Source: an uncultured Candidatus Saccharibacteria bacterium (GTDB lineage Bacteria > Patescibacteriota > Minisyncoccia > Phycocordibacterales > UBA12088). From it: DNA of 64,000 nt. Shown here piece after piece: positions 18,298-29,153 of this stretch (position 1 is its first letter; each line of letters begins with the position of its first letter). The notes under the pieces were generated by a model, which saw only the letters and a program-made list of their open reading frames with translations, was not told the DNA's origin and made no database searches. Both the position numbers and the translations under genes were made by a program. Location of the stretch: positions 17,907 to 81,906 of the forward strand of contig CAZLUD010000002.1 of assembly GCA_964562615.1 (NCBI GenBank). Direction: 5' to 3'.

Positions 18298-19461
18298 ATG
18301 TATGGTAATGGTATGAATCGATATGTGCTCTTAGTGGTATCTATTATATGTGGCGCAAGCGCTATGGCGCTTGCGCCTACTAGTGCTGTATCTGCGCAAA
18401 TTCTTGATAACACCTATCAAGGGGTGTGGCGTGCAAAGGTAACTGATATCATCGACTCGCAAGTGCGGACAATACCTGGCACAGACACCACACAGCTCTA
18501 TCAGACCATTGAAGCCAAGGTGCTAGAGGGACCCAAAGAAGGTGAGGTGATACGGATAGAAAATGATTACCTCGAGCTTGATACTGGTGATGCCTTTTAC
18601 TTTAATTACTCACAGTATCCAGATGGCACTGAGGGGTATGGCGTGATTAGTATCGACAGAAGACTCTCGCTGTTTGTCTTAGGGATGGTATTTGTGGTTG
18701 CGATAATACTCTTTGGCGGGTGGCAAGGGGTGCGATCGCTTGTTGCGCTTGGGGGGAGTTTCTTGGCTATTTTTTACATCCTTATGCCTGGCATACTTAA
18801 AGGATGGGATCCCGTAGTTGCAAGTGTGCTGGTGGCATCGGGTATACTCTTTGCGGCGATATTCTTTACACATGGCTTTAATAGAGAATCGTTGGTGGCA
18901 TATGGCGGTACCATGCTTGCCGTCCTGCTTACAGGATTGTTTGCGCTTGTATCAGTTTCTGGTACTGATCTTTCAGGATTTGCCTCTGAAGCGGCAACCT
19001 ATCTTAATTTTAATACACGAGGGTCAATAGATTTTGCCTCATTATTGCTTGGTGCCATTATTTTGGGAGTATTGGGAGTGCTTGATGATATAGCTGTTAC
19101 CCAGGCTGCGGTAGTTACCGAGCTGTTTAGGAGTAATCCATCCCTTACCCGAAAGGAGGTGTATATGCGTGCAATGAGGGTGGGTCGTGGGCACGTGGCG
19201 GCGCTTGTTAATACGCTCGTGCTTGCATACGCTGGCGCGTCGCTACCACTACTCCTTCATACGTACATGGCATCATCAAGTGTTGCGATGGCAATAAATA
19301 GTGAAATATTTGCGACAGAGATTGTTCGCGCGGTAGTAGGGAGTATGGGGCTATTGTTTGCTGTTCCTATTGTTACCTTTTTTGGGGTGTTGTATTTGCG
19401 CAATTATGTACCGAAAGGAGACCATGCGCATGCAGGGCATTCACACGGTCATCATCATTAA
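18298..19461 (+). CDS. YibE/F family membrane protein
   Basis: LGVLDDIAVTQ, NTLVLAYAGASLP, EIVR; His-rich tail. Confidence 0.88.
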   Translation: MYGNGMNRYVLLVVSIICGASAMALAPTSAVSAQILDNTYQGVWRAKVTDIIDSQVRTIPGTDTTQLYQTIEAKVLEGPKEGEVIRIENDYLELDTGDAFYFNYSQYPDGTEGYGVISIDRRLSLFVLGMVFVVAIILFGGWQGVRSLVALGGSFLAIFYILMPGILKGWDPVVASVLVASGILFAAIFFTHGFNRESLVAYGGTMLAVLLTGLFALVSVSGTDLSGFASEAATYLNFNTRGSIDFASLLLGAIILGVLGVLDDIAVTQAAVVTELFRSNPSLTRKEVYMRAMRVGRGHVAALVNTLVLAYAGASLPLLLHTYMASSSVAMAINSEIFATEIVRAVVGSMGLLFAVPIVTFFGVLYLRNYVPKGDHAHAGHSHGHHH

Positions 19462-19506
19462 TATGTTTGATATAAGGAGAGGCCGGCGCGTAGCGCCGGC
19501 CTCAAC

Positions 19507-19722
19507 TCATTCATGACCGCAATCTTTCCTTCCTTGCCAGCAATTTTGGTCGTTTACTCGTGGTTTCGTTTCTGCTTCTGCCAACATCTTTTTCTTTTTT
19601 CTTTGCGCGGCAAGATAGTTTAAAGCACTTCTCCCATGTGGGGTGGCAAGTGCTTCGGTTGGTCTGACAATCTTATTTTCTATTTCTTGGATTGTCAGAA
19701 AAACACGACCCATCTGTGACAT
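19507..19722 (-). CDS. Orphan small protein
   Basis: Promoter TTGACT-18-TATAAA, GGAG SD, GC hairpin 19479-19503. Confidence 0.5.
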   Translation of the reverse strand: MSQMGRVFLTIQEIENKIVRPTEALATPHGRSALNYLAAQRKKKKMLAEAETKPRVNDQNCWQGRKDCGHE

Positions 19723-19783
19723 GTGACAGCTCCAAAAGTTACGCTAACTTTTTATACAACAAAATGACGCCTTTAGTCAAGCG

Positions 19784-20233
19784 CTAGAGAAATAGCTCGG
19801 TGACTACATCACGGACATCAGCACCATCTGCTTTGCCTTGAAGCTCTTTCATAATAGCGCCCATAAGCATGCCCATTTGTGCTTTGTCGGTTACTCCCAT
19901 CTCGTCACGTTTTTGTATCGCTACTTTAAGTATGTCTGCTTTGCTCATTGATTCAGGCAGATACGCCTCAAGGACATGAAGTTCGCCACGCTCTCCATCA
20001 GCAAGGTCGGGTCTGTTGGCTTTGGTGTATTGCTCAATCGAATCTTTTCGTTGTTTTACCAATCGCTTGATTACCACCATGGTGTCTTCGTCTGATAGTA
20101 CATCGCGTGGTGTTTTGCCTTTTGCTACCAGTTCATTGGTGCAGGCGGTAATAAGTCCACGCAATACCGTAAGGCGTGGTTCCTCTTTTGCTTTCATTGC
20201 CTCTTTTAGGTCGCTTCGTAGTTGTTCTTGCAT
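19784..20233 (-). CDS. GatB/YqeY domain protein
   Basis: DLKEAMKAK, KQRKDSIEQY, GKADG; start reassigned to MQEQL. Confidence 0.9.
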   Translation of the reverse strand: MQEQLRSDLKEAMKAKEEPRLTVLRGLITACTNELVAKGKTPRDVLSDEDTMVVIKRLVKQRKDSIEQYTKANRPDLADGERGELHVLEAYLPESMSKADILKVAIQKRDEMGVTDKAQMGMLMGAIMKELQGKADGADVRDVVTELFL

Positions 20234-20289
20234 AGTATGAGCATACACCGTGGATGATTGCTTTTCAATATAACGGTATACTTTATGCA

Positions 20290-22965
20290 ATGATGAATCC
20301 ACAAAAAAAATACTGTAGTGAATCCATAGACTCACTATTACTTACCTTTGGTACTGATCCAAAAAATGGACTTAACGCAAGAGACATTCCACACAAAAGA
20401 GCAGCGGCAGGGTTTAATGAGCTAAAAAAGGACCAAGAAGAGTATCTTGGCGATAAAGTATTACGACAAGCAAAGAATCCACTCATTATTATTCTTATCC
20501 TTGCTGGTATCGCCACACTTTTGCTTGATGAGGTGGTAGACGCGATGGTTATTTTTGCTGCGTTTATCATCAACATCACCATTGGCGTCTTTCAAGAAGA
20601 ACGCGCATCACGAGCATTTGAAAAACTAAATGACTCGCAAGAAAAGTTTGCCACTGTTATCCGTTCAGGAGTTAAAGTAAAAGTCCCATCTCGAGAATTG
20701 GTACCTGGTGATGTGGTGGTGATAGAGGCGGGGGCATATGTGCCAGCAGACATACGCCTCATTGAGGCAAAAAACTTGAATTTGAATGAAGCCGCGCTTA
20801 CCGGTGAGTGGGTAGAGGTGCAAAAAAGAATTGCGCAGGTGCACGAAGATGCTCCCCTTACCGAGCAAATTAATATGGCGTGGATGGGTACGCTCGTTAC
20901 CTCTGGATATGGACACGGCATAGTGGTCGCGACCGGCAACACCACGCAAGTGGGGCATATAGCAAGTAACTTAGGTAGGGAAGCGTCACGACAAACACCG
21001 CTTCAGGCAAGTATCGCGCGCGTGGCAAAGTTTCTTATTATGGTGATTTGTGTAGGTATCACTATCATCTTTTTCCTTGGACTTTTGCGAGGTGAATCAA
21101 TGAGCGCCATGCTCCTTATTGCCATTGCCATTGCCGTTTCTGCGATGCCACAAGGTTTGCCTGCGGCGGTAACGGTGGTACTTGCTCTTGGTATGGAGGG
21201 GCTACTTAAGCAAGGGGGGTTGGTGCGAAGTCTTCTTGCAGCAGAAACACTTGGCGCGACCACTATTGTACTTACCGACAAAACAGGCACGCTCACCGAA
21301 GCAAAGATGGAGCTTTCAGAAAAGGTAGTCGCACTTAGTAGACGCAAATCTGACAAGCAGGCAATAGATATGGATGCGCGTGAGTTGCTGCGGTCGGCGG
21401 TGATGGCGTCTGATGCGTTTGTCGTAAAGAAGAATGACACCGACATTGTCGTAGAAGGTAGACCCATTGAAAAGGCAATCATACTCTCTGGGCTAACTGA
21501 TGGACTTTCACAAGAAAATCTTTTTGCAAAAGAAAGATTACTTGACCTGCTTAAGTTTGAGTCTTCACGGCGATACACCGTATCGCTGTATCAGACACTT
21601 GGTGACGAGCGACATGGAAAAATGTATGTAAGTGGAGCACCAGAAGTGTTGCTTGAGTCTGCACATCGAGTCCATGAAAATGGTAAGGGAAGGGAGATGC
21701 GCGATGAAGACCGTCTGTTTTTTACCCACGAGCTAGAAGTTCGTAGTAGTAAAGGAATGCGCGTTATTGCGGTTGGGTATGTAGAAACCGCAAGAAAAGA
21801 AATACCTGAAGCATTTACCATTCCACAGAATGATTTTGTCTTTTTAGGCTTGTTGGTATTTGTTGATCCAATCAGAGAAGATGCAAAAGCATCTATGATA
21901 GAGGTGCAAGAGGCAGGGGTGCGTGTGCTTATGGTGACTGGTGATAACGCGGGCACTGCGGGGCATATTGCTGAGGAGGTGGGTATTCGTGGCGCAGCGG
22001 CAGGGGCAATAACCGGCGCCCAGATTGATGCCATGAATGATGCTGAGCTGTATGCCACATTAAAAAAGTACTCGGTTATCGCGCGGGTAGTGCCTGAGCA
22101 AAAGCTTCGTATTGCACGAGTGTTTAAAAACAACGGTGAAGTGGTAGCCATGACGGGAGACGGTATCAATGACGCACCCGCGCTACGCACTGCTGATATT
22201 GGTATCGCAATTGGAAGTGGTACCGAGGTAGCAAAAGAAGCGTCTGATATTGTGCTCCTTAATAACAGCTTTGCCATTATTGTTGCTGCAATCCGCACCG
22301 GAAGAAAGATAGTGGATAATATAAAAAAGATTGTTGCGTACCTTCTTTCGACCAGCTTTAGCTCACTTACTATTGTTTCTGCGGCGGTTATTGTCGGCAC
22401 ACCACTTCCGATTTTGCCGTCTCAAATTCTGTGGGCAAATATTGTTGAAGAGGGACTTATGAGTTTTGCCTTTGCCTTTGAACCAGAAGAAAAAGGTATT
22501 ATGCGCAGATCACCACGTGATTCTTCTGCAAAACAAATTCTTACCAGAGAGCTCGCAAGTCTTATTGTTATTGTGGCAGTCATCACGGGGGCGCTCCTTA
22601 TCGTGCTTTATTTTTGGCTTCTCAAGTCTGGGCTACCTATAGAAGAAATTCGCACCATTATGTTTGTCTCGCTTACTCTTGATTCTATTTTCTTCTCATT
22701 TTCACTTAAGAATCTTAACGTGCCACTATGGCGTATCAGCTTCTTTGATAACCGCTTTCTTATTGGCGCGCTTAGTATCAGTGTCCTTACCTTGGTGGCA
22801 GCGCTTACGTTTAAGCCACTGCAGACACTTCTTTCGCTTACCCCACTTACAATGGGCGAGCTAGGACTACTTGCAATTGTGGGGGTTGTTAACTTGGTTG
22901 CTATTGAGGTGGTAAAGTACGCATTCTTTAGCAAAAATCGCGCTTCCGCGCTACTTCCTTTATAA
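20290..22965 (+). CDS. Cation-transporting P-type ATPase (type IIA, Ca2+-like)
   Basis: LTGE, DKTGTLT, TGDN, GDGINDAPAL. Confidence 0.93.
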   Translation: MMNPQKKYCSESIDSLLLTFGTDPKNGLNARDIPHKRAAAGFNELKKDQEEYLGDKVLRQAKNPLIIILILAGIATLLLDEVVDAMVIFAAFIINITIGVFQEERASRAFEKLNDSQEKFATVIRSGVKVKVPSRELVPGDVVVIEAGAYVPADIRLIEAKNLNLNEAALTGEWVEVQKRIAQVHEDAPLTEQINMAWMGTLVTSGYGHGIVVATGNTTQVGHIASNLGREASRQTPLQASIARVAKFLIMVICVGITIIFFLGLLRGESMSAMLLIAIAIAVSAMPQGLPAAVTVVLALGMEGLLKQGGLVRSLLAAETLGATTIVLTDKTGTLTEAKMELSEKVVALSRRKSDKQAIDMDARELLRSAVMASDAFVVKKNDTDIVVEGRPIEKAIILSGLTDGLSQENLFAKERLLDLLKFESSRRYTVSLYQTLGDERHGKMYVSGAPEVLLESAHRVHENGKGREMRDEDRLFFTHELEVRSSKGMRVIAVGYVETARKEIPEAFTIPQNDFVFLGLLVFVDPIREDAKASMIEVQEAGVRVLMVTGDNAGTAGHIAEEVGIRGAAAGAITGAQIDAMNDAELYATLKKYSVIARVVPEQKLRIARVFKNNGEVVAMTGDGINDAPALRTADIGIAIGSGTEVAKEASDIVLLNNSFAIIVAAIRTGRKIVDNIKKIVAYLLSTSFSSLTIVSAAVIVGTPLPILPSQILWANIVEEGLMSFAFAFEPEEKGIMRRSPRDSSAKQILTRELASLIVIVAVITGALLIVLYFWLLKSGLPIEEIRTIMFVSLTLDSIFFSFSLKNLNVPLWRISFFDNRFLIGALSISVLTLVAALTFKPLQTLLSLTPLTMGELGLLAIVGVVNLVAIEVVKYAFFSKNRASALLPL

Positions 22966-22972
22966 TGAAGGT

Positions 22973-24025
22973 ATGGAATACTCCACTATCATTCTGGTGC
23001 TTCTTGCCCTCATAAACATTGCCGCGCTAGTAGTAGTGGTTATTATGGTGCGCTCACGACCTAAAGACACTCCTGATGGAAGCTTTGTCATGCTTCAAAA
23101 TCAACTACACGACCTTGCACGCTCTATCAATGATAGACTCGGCTCTTCATCTAAAGAGCTCCACGAGTCACTCAAAACACAACTAGGCGAGAGTAATCGC
23201 ATTGTGCGTGAGGTAACCGAGGGGTTAACTAAATTAGACGAAACCAATAAGCAGGTGGTTGGATTTGCTGATCAATTGCAACATCTCCAAGACATACTCA
23301 AAAACCCTAAGCAGCGCGGAGTGCTTGGTGAGTATTATCTCGAGTCGGTACTTCAAAATGTGCTTCCACCAAAGTCATTTGTGATGCAGTACGCATTTAC
23401 TAATGGAGAAATTGTTGATGCGATTGTTTTTGTGAAGGACAAAATAATCCCAATCGATTCAAAATTCTCGCTTGAAAATTATAATCGCATTCTAGAATCA
23501 CGAGGCGACGAAGAACGTGAACGGTACGAAAAACTATTTAAACAAGACCTAAAAAATCGAATTGATGAGACATCAAAGTACATACGTCCAGAGGAAGATA
23601 CGATGGATTTTGCATTTATGTTTATACCGTCAGAGGGAGTGTATTATGATTTGCTCATCAACCAAGTTGGCGCAGTGAAGACCAATACCCGAGACCTCAT
23701 TGAATATGCCTTTGATAAAAAGGTGATTATTGTTTCGCCTACGTCATTTCTTGCGTACCTACAGACGGTGCTCCAGGGTCTACGATCGCTTCATATAGAA
23801 GAACAGGCAAAGGATATCCAAAAGCGGGTAGGAGAGTTAGGGAAGCATCTAAAGGCGTATGAGGACTTTTATCAAAAATTAGGAAATGCGTTGTCTACCA
23901 CGGTTAATCACTACAATGCTGGTGCAAAAGAGCTAGGAAAGATAGATAAAGATATATACCGCATAGATGGCGAGCGCCCCGGCCTTGACGCACCCCTCCT
24001 TGAGAGGCCAAAAGAGGCTGAATAG
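22973..24025 (+). CDS. rmuC: DNA recombination protein RmuC
   Basis: NPKQRGVLGE, IDSKF, DFAFMFIPSE, IVSPT. Confidence 0.92.
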   Translation: MEYSTIILVLLALINIAALVVVVIMVRSRPKDTPDGSFVMLQNQLHDLARSINDRLGSSSKELHESLKTQLGESNRIVREVTEGLTKLDETNKQVVGFADQLQHLQDILKNPKQRGVLGEYYLESVLQNVLPPKSFVMQYAFTNGEIVDAIVFVKDKIIPIDSKFSLENYNRILESRGDEERERYEKLFKQDLKNRIDETSKYIRPEEDTMDFAFMFIPSEGVYYDLLINQVGAVKTNTRDLIEYAFDKKVIIVSPTSFLAYLQTVLQGLRSLHIEEQAKDIQKRVGELGKHLKAYEDFYQKLGNALSTTVNHYNAGAKELGKIDKDIYRIDGERPGLDAPLLERPKEAE

Positions 24026-24083
24026 CTTGATATATCAGCAACCACTTGCCTTTTTTTGTGCTTTTAGGTATAGTATCTCCACT

Positions 24084-24401
24084 ATGCATTTCGCAGTAAT
24101 AGAAACAGGCGGAAAGCAATATAAAGTCGCTGAAGGCGATGTTGTAGCTATTGAGAAAGTAAATGAGCTTAAAGAGGGTGAGACGAAGCTTATTTTCGAC
24201 AAGGTGCTACTACGAGACGATGGCGCGTCAACCACTGTTGGCAGCCCGTATATTGAAGGTGCCCTTGTAGAGGGAGTACTAGAAGAAGAGGGGCTTGGTA
24301 AAAAGATTGCCGTGATGAAGTTTAAGTCAAAGTCTAACTACTTCAAAAACCGCGGGCACAGACAGCCCTACATGAAGGTAAAGATTACCGCAATAAAGTA
24401 A
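24084..24401 (+). CDS. rplU: 50S ribosomal protein L21
   Basis: FAVIETGGKQYKV, GHRQPY. Confidence 0.96.
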   Translation: MHFAVIETGGKQYKVAEGDVVAIEKVNELKEGETKLIFDKVLLRDDGASTTVGSPYIEGALVEGVLEEEGLGKKIAVMKFKSKSNYFKNRGHRQPYMKVKITAIK

Positions 24402-24428
24402 AAACTCAGCATCACGTGCTGAGTTTTT
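24400..24428. terminator. Bidirectional terminator rplU/recR
   Basis: AAAAACTCAGCA...TGCTGAGTTTTT. Confidence 0.75.
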
Positions 24429-25035
24429 ACTTTCTATTAGTGAGGGCGTTTTTAATGGTGATGGGGTCTGCGTATTCTATCTCGGCTCCTGTCGAGAGGC
24501 CACGCCCTAGTCTCGTAACCAGAAGTGATTTCTTTTCAATTAATTCCTTTGCTTGTTCTTCAATATATAGGGCTGTCTCTTCACCATCGGTGGTAGTTGA
24601 AAGCGCAAGAATAATTTCTGCACCATCGGGCAATTCGTCAATGGTGCGTATAAGTTTCTTTACTTGTATTTTTTCTGCAGGATTTTTTTCGGTGAGGGTA
24701 ATGAGTGCGCCTACCACAAAGTATGTACCTTGATAGATGCCGTTTTTCTCAATGGTTTCAAGATCAACGTCCTTTTCTACTACCATGAGGGTACGCTCTC
24801 GTGTCGTGTCGCTACATATCGCGCAGCGGGTTTGTCCTCCCGTGCTTGTAAAGAGTCTTCTGCAATCATCACACTCGTGCATGGCGCTTTTTATCTCAGA
24901 GAGTAGTCGAGAAAGACGCGAAAGTGAGCCCCCATCTTTACGGATGAGATGCTCAACAATGCGCCGTGCCTGACGCGTGCCAATACCGGGGAGGCGGGCA
25001 AATTCTGATATAAGGTCATTAAAGTGTCCACTCAT
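24427..25035 (-). CDS. recR: Recombination mediator RecR
   Basis: LPGIG..A.R, C4 zinc finger, TOPRIM, EYADPITI. Confidence 0.95.
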   Translation of the reverse strand: MSGHFNDLISEFARLPGIGTRQARRIVEHLIRKDGGSLSRLSRLLSEIKSAMHECDDCRRLFTSTGGQTRCAICSDTTRERTLMVVEKDVDLETIEKNGIYQGTYFVVGALITLTEKNPAEKIQVKKLIRTIDELPDGAEIILALSTTTDGEETALYIEEQAKELIEKKSLLVTRLGRGLSTGAEIEYADPITIKNALTNRK

Positions 25036-25046
25036 ACAAATACTCA

Positions 25047-26456
25047 CTAAAACTCTTCTACCGATGATCCTTGGTAGGCGCCAAAGCTACTCTTTTCGAT
25101 AGATTGGAAGGTGACTCGTCCTTCATCAAAGTAGAGGTCAACCTTTCCAGTTGGTCCATTGCGGTGCTTTTCGATTAGTATTTCGGCAATGTTATTTTTC
25201 TCCATGCCATCTTGCATCTTGTCTTCGCGATGAATAAACATCACCACATCGGCATCCTGCTCGATAGATCCAGAGTCACGAAGGTCGGAGAGTCGTGGTC
25301 TGCCTCTGCGTTGCTCTACGGCTCTTGAGAGCTGTGAGAGAGCAAGTACGGGTACTTCAAGCTCGCGAGCAAGTCCTTTGAGTGATCGAGAAATTTCTGT
25401 GACCTGCTGTACCAAAGAGTCGCTTGCTCGTGTAGAGGTAGGCGCCATAAGCTGGAGGTAATCAACCACAATGAGCCCAAGCCCCTTTTCACGCTTTAAG
25501 CGACGAGCAACCGAGCGCATGGTGATGATATTTGCCATCGGTTGATCATCAATAAAAATGGGAGCATTTGAAAGCCTATCAAGACCAGCGTGAATTTGTT
25601 CAAATTCTTCATCGGTTGATAGTTTGCCGGTTCTTAGTTTCCACGCGTCAACCTTTGCTTCAGCACCAAGCATACGATCAACCAATTGTTGTGCGCTCAT
25701 TTCAAGAGAAAAGATTCCTACAGGAATATTGTGCTGTACTGCCGCTTGCCGTGCGATATCAAGGGCGAATGCTGTTTTACCCATAGAAGGTCGGGCAGCA
25801 AGGATAATGAGGTCGGATTTTTGAAGTCCGGAGAGTTTGTTATCAAGCTCGGTAAATCCGGTGCGTACTCCTCTAAATTCGTTATCAGATTTATGCAGTC
25901 TATCTATGCGCTCTATGGTATCAAAGGTAAGTGATCGTATATCTTGAAATTTGCGTGAGCCAGATATGTTGGTTACGTCATAGATACGCTTCTCAGCTTT
26001 GTCGAGTGTCTCATCAAGTTCACCAGAGGCATCAAAGCCTAGTTCAGAAATATGTTCGCCAGCAAATATGAGTCTGCGTAGTACTGCAGATTTTCTTACG
26101 AGATTTGCATAGTACATTACGTTAGACGCGGCAGGGGTTTCAGAAACAAGCTCAGTAAGCTCGCTTGCGCCACCGACTGATTGTAGTTTTTTCTCTTCTT
26201 TGAGACGAGAGGTGAGTGAGAGAATATCGATGGGTTCGCCCTTATGAAAAAGTGAAAGAATCGCTTCAAATATGGTGCGATGCTTCGCAACATAAAAATC
26301 ATCACTTGAGACGAGGTCTATAACGTCATGAATTGCGTCAGGTTTAAGCATCAAGGCACCGAGGAGTGCTCGCTCTGATTCTATGTTTTGTGGAGGGACG
26401 CGGCCACCCGTAGCCCTCTCAACCGCCTCCTTTCTTTGAAATCGTTCATTAGCCAT
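25047..26456 (-). CDS. dnaB: Replicative DNA helicase
   Basis: PPQNIESE, AARPSMGKT, DYLQL, SDLRDSGSIEQDAD. Confidence 0.98.
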   Translation of the reverse strand: MANERFQRKEAVERATGGRVPPQNIESERALLGALMLKPDAIHDVIDLVSSDDFYVAKHRTIFEAILSLFHKGEPIDILSLTSRLKEEKKLQSVGGASELTELVSETPAASNVMYYANLVRKSAVLRRLIFAGEHISELGFDASGELDETLDKAEKRIYDVTNISGSRKFQDIRSLTFDTIERIDRLHKSDNEFRGVRTGFTELDNKLSGLQKSDLIILAARPSMGKTAFALDIARQAAVQHNIPVGIFSLEMSAQQLVDRMLGAEAKVDAWKLRTGKLSTDEEFEQIHAGLDRLSNAPIFIDDQPMANIITMRSVARRLKREKGLGLIVVDYLQLMAPTSTRASDSLVQQVTEISRSLKGLARELEVPVLALSQLSRAVEQRRGRPRLSDLRDSGSIEQDADVVMFIHREDKMQDGMEKNNIAEILIEKHRNGPTGKVDLYFDEGRVTFQSIEKSSFGAYQGSSVEEF

Positions 26457-26529
26457 TGTGTGCATTGTAGCACATCAGCGGGAGGGGTATTTCTATAAAA
26501 AGTTGTATTGCGTGTGTACGAAATGTTGA

Positions 26530-26625
26530 TAAAAAAATGTCGCCGCGTGGTTAACGCAGCGACGAGTGAAGCCTTGAACCTACAAGTTGGAGGTAGGTGT
26601 TATGGTCTGGAACCCCACCTACAAG
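26530..26625 (-). ncRNA. Candidate ~95-nt small RNA
   Basis: TTGACT-17-TATAAA promoter with TGn extension, GTAGGTG/CACCTAC stem, terminator with U7; no credible ORF. Confidence 0.5.
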
Positions 26626-26643
26626 CAATTTATAGCACTATAT

Positions 26644-28131
26644 TTACGACAAGTCAACTGTTCGTTTAGTGATCTCAAATCCTTTAGGGGTGTCTACCAC
26701 CTCGTAGCCCATATCGTGTATTTGCTTCCTTAGGGTATCAGCTTCTTCCCAGTTTTTATTTTCTCGGGCAAGCACACGTTTTTCTGCGAGCTCTTTAACC
26801 TCAGGATTCATGTCAGCTAGTGGCACTACATTGATAGAGAGCATTTCTTTAATCTTCTTTTTGCTTTGATTGAGTCCAAGGCATAGCACTTTGTCCATCT
26901 CAAGTAGTGTTGCTCGTTTATCCTTTTTCTCAAGAGAGGTGTCCTTTACCATATCCCACATAATGGCGATTGCCTTAGGGGTATCAAGGTCATCATTGAT
27001 AGCCGTAAGAAATGTATCCCAATAGGAAGGAATCGGTTGTCCCGTGCGTTCAGGAAGTTCTTCTACAAAATGACGTTGTAGTTTGAAAAGCGCTTTTTGT
27101 GACGCCTCGAGCGCCTCCCAGGTAAAGTTTACTTGAGTGCGGTAGTGACTGGTGAGGAGGAGATATCGGTACGCAAGTGGTGAAAACTGCTTTGCGATAA
27201 TTTGATCGAGACGAATACTGTTGCCAAGCGATTTTGATATCTTTTTTCCTTCAATCTTCATAAAGTCATTGTGCATCCAATACCGTACATACTTTTTGCC
27301 TGAGACGCCTTCTGCCTGCGCTATTTCGTTATTGTGATGTACAGCAATGTGGTCTATACCGCCGGTATGTATATCAATCTGCTTTCCGAGAGTGGCAAAA
27401 ATCATAGCGGTGCACTCTACATGCCATCCAGGAAAGCCCTTTCCCCAGGGAGATTCCCATCCCATGGTTGGGTTCTTTTTCCACAATGCAAAATCAGCAG
27501 GGTTGTGCTTTTCGGTGTTTACCTCAAGACGAGTACCTTCTTTTTGTTCTTCAATTTTTATATTGCCAAGTCGTCCATAGGTAGGGAAGCGAGCGGTATC
27601 AAAATAGAGTCCATCAGAGGTTTCGTAAGCGTACCCCTTTTCTTCTAGGGTTTTGTTTATGGCTACCATACCATCGACATGTTCGCTTGCGCGAGGAAAG
27701 CGGATGCCTTTAGTGTTGATATGAATCGCCTCGAGGTCTTTGAAAAACGCATGCATAAAATCAGTTGCAAGCGTGAGCATGTTTTCTACCGACACTTCTT
27801 TATTAGCATGCTTGAGCGCTTGCATCATTTTATCTTCGCCGCTATCAGCATCAGAGGTGAGGTGTCCAAAGTCAGTAATGTTGATGACATGATCAACCGA
27901 GTAGCCGTTAGCAGTTAGTACACGCCTCAAGGTGTCTGAAAATACATATGAGCGAATATTGCCAATGTGTACATAGTCGTACACGGTCGGGCCACATGAG
28001 TATAAAGAAACTTTGTTGGGAATTCTTGGCTCAAATATGTCCTTTTTTCCAGTTTCGGTGTTATAGAGAAATACGGGAGGTTTTGGTACCTCCTCCACGA
28101 CTTCTTTCTTCTTGAAAAATGTTCCTAGCAT
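26644..28131 (-). CDS. cysS: Cysteine--tRNA ligase
   Basis: CGPTVY..HIGN, PGWHVEC, KISKSLGN. Confidence 0.97.
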   Translation of the reverse strand: MLGTFFKKKEVVEEVPKPPVFLYNTETGKKDIFEPRIPNKVSLYSCGPTVYDYVHIGNIRSYVFSDTLRRVLTANGYSVDHVINITDFGHLTSDADSGEDKMMQALKHANKEVSVENMLTLATDFMHAFFKDLEAIHINTKGIRFPRASEHVDGMVAINKTLEEKGYAYETSDGLYFDTARFPTYGRLGNIKIEEQKEGTRLEVNTEKHNPADFALWKKNPTMGWESPWGKGFPGWHVECTAMIFATLGKQIDIHTGGIDHIAVHHNNEIAQAEGVSGKKYVRYWMHNDFMKIEGKKISKSLGNSIRLDQIIAKQFSPLAYRYLLLTSHYRTQVNFTWEALEASQKALFKLQRHFVEELPERTGQPIPSYWDTFLTAINDDLDTPKAIAIMWDMVKDTSLEKKDKRATLLEMDKVLCLGLNQSKKKIKEMLSINVVPLADMNPEVKELAEKRVLARENKNWEEADTLRKQIHDMGYEVVDTPKGFEITKRTVDLS

Positions 28132-28140
28132 ATTCTGATG

Positions 28141-29058
28141 TTATAGCCACTTTTTATACCAGAAAAATACAAAGAATGAAGCAGAGAGAATTGCCATGCC
28201 GCTGATGATTATCCAAAAGTCATGCGGACTTCCTACGATCGGGAGATTTTCTGTATTCATACCAAAGGTGCTTGAGATAAGTGAAAGGGGGAATGTGACA
28301 AATGCCATAATGGTGAGCACCTTCATTATCTCGTTTTGTTTTGTTGAAAGTAGAGAGTTGTTGGTGTCTCGTAGCTCTTTGAGCCATTCGCTGTGAGTTT
28401 CGATGTGACGGAATATTCTGTAGTAGTCATTCAGTATGATATCAATCGGTCGAGAAAAATCTTGCCCGAAAAATGTGTTACTGACGTCTTTAAGTGAAGC
28501 AAGGATATCTCGGTGCGTAGCAAGCGATTGTCTGAGGTTGAGCAAATTTCTGCCTACCACAGAAAGTTCGACGACCATCTCTTTTTCATTACCTGAAAAA
28601 ATGCTTTCTTCGATTCGTTCAATGTCATCTCGAATACTCGAAAGCTCATGTTCAATCGATTTGTACATTTTTCTTACCATAGTAAAGAAAATGTACCCCG
28701 CATGCTCACTGGTGGTGCCCTTTTCTAAAATAGAGCCTACTTCAAATACTTTTGAAAATTTATGAAGCGGATCAATGGTTTCGTATCGGTTGGTAATAAT
28801 AAAATCCTTGCCGATAACAAAATCAATTTCTTGATCGTCGTTGTTGTAGGTGTGTGTGTGCTTTAGCGCGGGGAAGTGTAGCACGAGGTAAAGGTAGTTT
28901 TCTCTGCTTTCTACAAATGGTCTTCGGGTAGGAGAGAGTAGGTCATTTGCCGTGTCGGGATGTAGCGAAAATTCGCTCATGAGTGCGCGAACCTCATCTT
29001 CCTTTGGAGACTCGACGTCTACCCATTGTAGTGATCCGTACGTGTGCTTTGTAATCAT
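28141..29058 (-). CDS. corA: CorA-family Mg2+/Co2+ transporter
   Basis: GMN motif between two C-terminal TMs. Confidence 0.9.
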   Translation of the reverse strand: MITKHTYGSLQWVDVESPKEDEVRALMSEFSLHPDTANDLLSPTRRPFVESRENYLYLVLHFPALKHTHTYNNDDQEIDFVIGKDFIITNRYETIDPLHKFSKVFEVGSILEKGTTSEHAGYIFFTMVRKMYKSIEHELSSIRDDIERIEESIFSGNEKEMVVELSVVGRNLLNLRQSLATHRDILASLKDVSNTFFGQDFSRPIDIILNDYYRIFRHIETHSEWLKELRDTNNSLLSTKQNEIMKVLTIMAFVTFPLSLISSTFGMNTENLPIVGSPHDFWIIISGMAILSASFFVFFWYKKWL

Positions 29059-29153
29059 TGGTATAAGTATAGCTAATACGTCACTAAATACAAAGACAAT
29101 AGCGCACCAGATGCGTTGACGTGGTGTGACAATTTTGGGATACTAAGCACACT

